The notes beneath the pieces are model-generated. The model saw only the letters and a list, made by a program, of their open reading frames with translations. It had not been told where the DNA came from and did not search any database. The position numbers and the translations under genes are program-made. Shown here in pieces: positions 59,920-64,000 of a stretch of 64,000 nucleotides of DNA. The DNA lies in NCBI GenBank assembly GCA_963768055.1, contig CAVYGN010000001.1:1-64000 (forward strand), written 5' to 3'. Each line of letters begins with the position of its first letter. Within the stretch, counting starts at the first letter, position 1. This DNA comes from an uncultured Spirochaetota bacterium. GTDB lineage: Bacteria; Spirochaetota; Brevinematia; Brevinematales; JAOACQ01.

Positions 59920-60564
59920 ATGTCTCCGAGAACTAAAGAGGCGAATGAGCAGATCCGGAGCGGCCGCAGGGAGCAGATACTCAGGGCTGCAATGAGGGTA
60001 TTCGGCAGGAGAGGACTTGCAGCGGCTAAGATCAGCGATATAGCTTCTGAAGCCGGTTTCAGCCACGGTCTGGTTTACAATTACTTCGGGTCGAAGGATG
60101 AAATTTTCACGGAGCTGGTCAGGCGGGCAATGGATTTTTCCATTGGCATAATTTCAGCTGCAGTTCAGGCCGAAGGGTCTGCCTGGGACCGCATAAAGCG
60201 GATAACTGAAACTATAGTTAACGGAGCCTACCGGGGCGACGCCCCGTATTATTTTCTGATCATTATCCAGGCGTTCACATCCGATGCCGTTCCCCCTGAA
60301 AGCAAGGAGATTTCATCAAAGCAGTCCATTCTTTTCAATAAGTATATGGTCCCCCTGATAAGGGAAGGCCAGGAATCCGGGGAGATAGCTCCCGGCTATC
60401 CGGAGGAACTGTCGATGGCCTATTTCGCACTTATACAAGGGCTGGCAATAATGAAAATACAGGGCGGCGAATCGATGCCCGATCCGTCCCCCGATATTGT
60501 CCTGCGCCTGCTCCGCAACGGCCGTACCCCGGCCGTTGAATCAAATATAAGGAGGCTTAAATGA
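59920..60564 (+). CDS. TetR/AcrR-family regulator
   Basis: EQILRAAMRVF..G..AKISDIASEAGFSHGLVYNYFGSKDEI. Confidence 0.95.
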   Translation: MSPRTKEANEQIRSGRREQILRAAMRVFGRRGLAAAKISDIASEAGFSHGLVYNYFGSKDEIFTELVRRAMDFSIGIISAAVQAEGSAWDRIKRITETIVNGAYRGDAPYYFLIIIQAFTSDAVPPESKEISSKQSILFNKYMVPLIREGQESGEIAPGYPEELSMAYFALIQGLAIMKIQGGESMPDPSPDIVLRLLRNGRTPAVESNIRRLK

Positions 60565-61137
60565 TAAAGAATATTATCGAATATGCGGCTATGATCTACG
60601 GGGCAATGGAAATTGCTTATGGGATAACAAGCCGGATCAGGAGCGGCAATGTTTCAAAAAATAACAAGGACAAAGGAAGCTTTGTGCTGAATCTTTTATT
60701 CTTAGGGATAGGGTTCACTATTTCTCTCGGGATTTATTTAGGGGGTTCCGGGGGCCCTGATGTTCGCCGATGCGGTTTATCCCTTTGCTGCGGGTGCGGC
60801 TATCGTCATTATAGGCTTCATTGTAAGGGCCGCTGCAATACTGACCTTAAACCGGCAATTCACATTCTCTGTTCAGATCTTCGACTCTCACAGGCTCTAT
60901 GATTCCGGGATATACCGGTATATAAGGCACCCTTCCTACCTTGGAATAATTCTCATAACAACGGGGTTCGGCCTGGCGATGAACAGCTGGATCTGCCTTG
61001 GCATCCAGGTGCTGATCAATTTTATACCCATGATCTATCGGATAAATGTCGAGGAAAAAGCCCTTATTGAAAAATTCGGGGCTTCGTATTCGGATTATAT
61101 GAAGAAGACAAAAAGGCTTGTGCCTTTTATATACTAG
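60561..61137 (+). CDS. Isoprenylcysteine carboxyl methyltransferase-family membrane protein (apparent frameshift near 60750)
   Basis: GIYRYIRHPSYLG, RINVEEKAL..FG..Y..Y.KKTKRLVPFIY. Confidence 0.85.
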
Positions 61138-61173
61138 GCGGGCGATATGCCGTGATCATGAGGCGGGCGGTTT

Positions 61174-61623
61174 TCAGCCGTTTGTTTCTGCAAAAAAGAG
61201 GCTCTTCATTTCTTCCGAGGCTTTTTCCGCCCATTTCGCAGCCTTTTCCTTCTGAGCCGGGGTCAGGGTCTTATGAAAATCAGTGAATTTCTGAGTGATA
61301 AAATCCTCCAGCTCCCTGTCGAGACCGTTCATTTTTTCCCAGAGCTGGTCCAGCTTTGCCTGATCGACGGCGTCGCTTTTGACCAGGGCGGCGAAATCGT
61401 CGTTGAGCCGGATACGGTCTTCCTTCTGGGCATTCAGCTTTTGAAAGAACCCGATCGTGATCTGCCTGACGGAATTCTGCTGGTCTTTTGTCAGGTCCAG
61501 TTCCGCTATAATTCTTTGCGCTATCCAATCCGCCCTTTGTTCCATTGTAGTTGCGCATCCCGCCAAAAGCACGATCGTGAATATAAGGACAGCGGCAATC
61601 GTTCCCGATGATCTGTAAGTCAT
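61174..61623 (-). CDS. Spy/CpxP-like (LTxxQ) lipoprotein
   Basis: LAGC lipobox, LDLTKDQ, LTPAQKEK. Confidence 0.8.
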   Translation of the reverse strand: MTYRSSGTIAAVLIFTIVLLAGCATTMEQRADWIAQRIIAELDLTKDQQNSVRQITIGFFQKLNAQKEDRIRLNDDFAALVKSDAVDQAKLDQLWEKMNGLDRELEDFITQKFTDFHKTLTPAQKEKAAKWAEKASEEMKSLFFAETNG

Positions 61624-61812
61624 ATGAATGCCTCCTGCTGTATTCTTACGCATTCCCCCTGCAGAATATATACCGGTTCGCAGGAAAAGTAAAGGGTCAA
61701 ACGGCAGGCAATAACGATTTTAAAAAATTAAATATTAAAATACCGGGATTTCGGTATTGAAATTCTGAAAGTTTTGCTTTATTCTATCTTAAATTATGAT
61801 TTTATGGAACAA

Positions 61813-63702
61813 ATGATGAAAAAAGCAGAAGCGATCGTTTTGATCATTTTATTGATCCTGATAAAAGGTTTGATTTCAGGGCAGGATGACAGCAGCTACT
61901 ATCCCGGCGATACCTGGCGGACATCTACGGCGGAAGCTCAGGGGATGGATTCCGGATACCTCGTCAAAATGATGGATGATATTCAATCGAATAATTTGAA
62001 TATACACAGCATGATAATTATAAGGCATGGATATGTTGTTATGGAAGCTTACAGAGAACCCTTCGGAAAGGACAATATTCATGCCATTAATTCATGCACT
62101 AAGAACGTAGCGTCAGCTTTGATCGGCATCGCTCTGAGGGAAGGCTATATTAAAAGCATCGATCAAAGGGTGGTTGATATCTTTTCAAACCTGAATATTA
62201 AAAATCTGGATGATAACAAGCGGGCTATGACAATTAAACACCTGCTTACCGAGAGTTCCGGAATCAATTTTACCGGGTTATATCCCGATGGATACTTAAA
62301 CGCCCCCGATTGGACCCGATTTTATCTCGATCAGCCGATGGCCGCGCCGCCCGGCAAGGTGTTTCATTATGATTCCGCGGGCGTGAATCTCCTTATGGCA
62401 ATTCTGCAGAAAACCAGCGGCTTGAAAAATTCGGATTTTGCCGATAAATTCCTCTTCAAACCGATAGGCATTACCAAATACTACTGGCAGTCCGATCCTC
62501 AAGGTCTTAATCTGGGGGGTATGGGGCTTGCATTGACGCCTATGGAAATGGCCAGGTTCGGTTATCTTTATCTGAAAAAGGGTTTATGGAATGGAAAGAG
62601 GGTAATACCTGCCGATTGGGTAGAGGCGTCCCTGTCCAGTCAGATAAAACCGCCTGCCTGGTTTTCTAAAGACAAGGGGCACGGCTACCTCTGGTGGGAG
62701 CTTCAATCCGGAGGATTCGCGGGGATCGGCCATGGGGGGCAATATATAATTGTCATGCCCGGGCGGGATATGGTGATCGTAATTAACTCCGGACTTTCCG
62801 ATAAAACTCATTGGCAAACTGTAAGCCCTCTGATAGAATATATAAACAAGTCTGTCGTATCCGGTAAAAGTATCGTGGAAAATCCGGAAAAACAAGCAGA
62901 ACTGTCGGAGGCCATCAGGAATTTGGCGAATCCGGCAAGCAAAACGGCAATTATTATTCCGGAAACGGCTCAGAGAATATCCGGTAAAAAATATATCCTG
63001 AATCCAAACTCATGGAATTTAAAAACCCTTATGGTGACTTTTAATGGAAAGGACGAATGTATTGCCGAACTGGGCTGGCCCGGTTTTCTGTTCTTTGACT
63101 ACCGTTACGAAATTGCAATCGGATTGGACGGCAAATACTGGGAGAATAGATTTGCCCCTGATTTTCGCCAGCGCGAACTTTCACGGGGTAAATGGGTCAG
63201 TAATGATACTTTTGTTATTGAATATTACAGGCCCTGGGCCGATAGCAGTAAAATTCTTTGTGTTTGCCAAATTGATCATGACAGGTTTTCAATGACATTG
63301 GAATCGACTACCGGAGAATGGCTGCAGGAGTTTACAGGGAAAATGGAACAACAGATTTTCTTATTTGAAGCGGCTTCCAGGGGCGATTATAACTTCATAA
63401 AAAGTTATCGGGGCTATATCGACGATAAAGACGATTACGGCAAGACGGCAATGATGTACGCCGCCGATGCCCTGACGGTTAAAACGTTAATCGCAGCCGG
63501 GGCCGATATAAATTCGGTTGATGAAAAAGGCTGGACGGCATTGATGTATGCGGTCAAGGAAGGAAAAACGGATGCGGTTAAAGAATTGATCGAAGACGGT
63601 TCCGATATAAACGCGAAAGATAATTACGGCAGGACGGCTATATTTTGGGCTAAAAATGAAGCTATAGTAAATCTGTTTAAAAATGCAAAAGCCGGGAAAT
63701 AG
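61813..63702 (+). CDS. Serine hydrolase (class C beta-lactamase-like) with C-terminal ankyrin repeats
   Basis: SCTK, YDS, GIGHGGQ; GKTAMMYAA, GWTALMYAV, GRTAIFWA. Confidence 0.9.
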   Translation: MMKKAEAIVLIILLILIKGLISGQDDSSYYPGDTWRTSTAEAQGMDSGYLVKMMDDIQSNNLNIHSMIIIRHGYVVMEAYREPFGKDNIHAINSCTKNVASALIGIALREGYIKSIDQRVVDIFSNLNIKNLDDNKRAMTIKHLLTESSGINFTGLYPDGYLNAPDWTRFYLDQPMAAPPGKVFHYDSAGVNLLMAILQKTSGLKNSDFADKFLFKPIGITKYYWQSDPQGLNLGGMGLALTPMEMARFGYLYLKKGLWNGKRVIPADWVEASLSSQIKPPAWFSKDKGHGYLWWELQSGGFAGIGHGGQYIIVMPGRDMVIVINSGLSDKTHWQTVSPLIEYINKSVVSGKSIVENPEKQAELSEAIRNLANPASKTAIIIPETAQRISGKKYILNPNSWNLKTLMVTFNGKDECIAELGWPGFLFFDYRYEIAIGLDGKYWENRFAPDFRQRELSRGKWVSNDTFVIEYYRPWADSSKILCVCQIDHDRFSMTLESTTGEWLQEFTGKMEQQIFLFEAASRGDYNFIKSYRGYIDDKDDYGKTAMMYAADALTVKTLIAAGADINSVDEKGWTALMYAVKEGKTDAVKELIEDGSDINAKDNYGRTAIFWAKNEAIVNLFKNAKAGK

Positions 63703-63755
63703 GATATAGGGGTAACCAGGCTGATAAAAATATATAAAATGTGCTTGACATCATA

Positions 63756-63779
63756 ATCGTAATATTATAATATTAAGAT
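63756..63779. promoter_or_regulatory. ArsR-type operator overlapping a promoter
   Basis: ATCGTAATATT-at-AATATTAAGAT inverted repeat next to TTGACA at 63745. Confidence 0.6.
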
Positions 63780-63800
63780 ATTGATTTTAGGAAAATAGAA

Positions 63801-64000
63801 ATGGAATTTGTTAAGGATAGCGAACTTCTTAAAGCGCTGGGCCATCCGGTCAGGCTTCGGATCGTAGCCGCCCTTGCCGGAAGCAAGGAGTGCAACGTTA
63901 ATAATATGGTGTCCAGGCTTAATATACCGCAATCGACGGTTTCCCAGCATCTTGGAATATTGAAAAGCCGGGGTATAATTACATTCAGGAAGAAAGGGGT
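63801..64000 (+). CDS. ArsR/SmtB-family regulator, partial (runs off the window end)
   Basis: Manual translation MEFVKDSELLKALGHPVRLRIV...CNVNNMV..LNIPQSTVSQHLGILK. Confidence 0.9.
   Translation, partial: MEFVKDSELLKALGHPVRLRIVAALAGSKECNVNNMVSRLNIPQSTVSQHLGILKSRGIITFRKKG

Overview
Bacterial genomic DNA. The lineage cannot be proven from the sequence, but the lipoproteins, gene content and GGGC..GCCC miniature repeats would fit a spirochaete-like organism. The window has two parts. (1) About 1-35 kb is an AT-rich, rearranged accessory region. It holds a type I-E CRISPR-Cas remnant (cas8e end, cas11, cas6e) between an IS66 and an intact IS3, a decayed IS4, metal transport genes (CDF, an NRAMP under a NiCo/czcD-like riboswitch, csoR-copA-HMA/DsbD and a second copA), HU, nhaD, ABC permeases, OmpA-type lipoproteins, a toxin-antitoxin pair and a PAS/LuxR/receiver cluster. 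A family of direct-repeat GCCAGT sites separates several of these modules. (2) About 35-64 kb is more GC-balanced. It carries carbohydrate-utilisation genes (GH116, GH3, sugar ABC, deacetylase, GH9, orphan PTS EIIC), three MITEs with 4-bp target duplications, repeat-rich surface lipoproteins and regulators. Many genes in the first 10 kb are frameshifted, either by decay or by sequencing error. No rRNA, complete tRNA, CRISPR array, integrase or reverse transcriptase was recognised. All calls come from reading motifs; no database searches were run.
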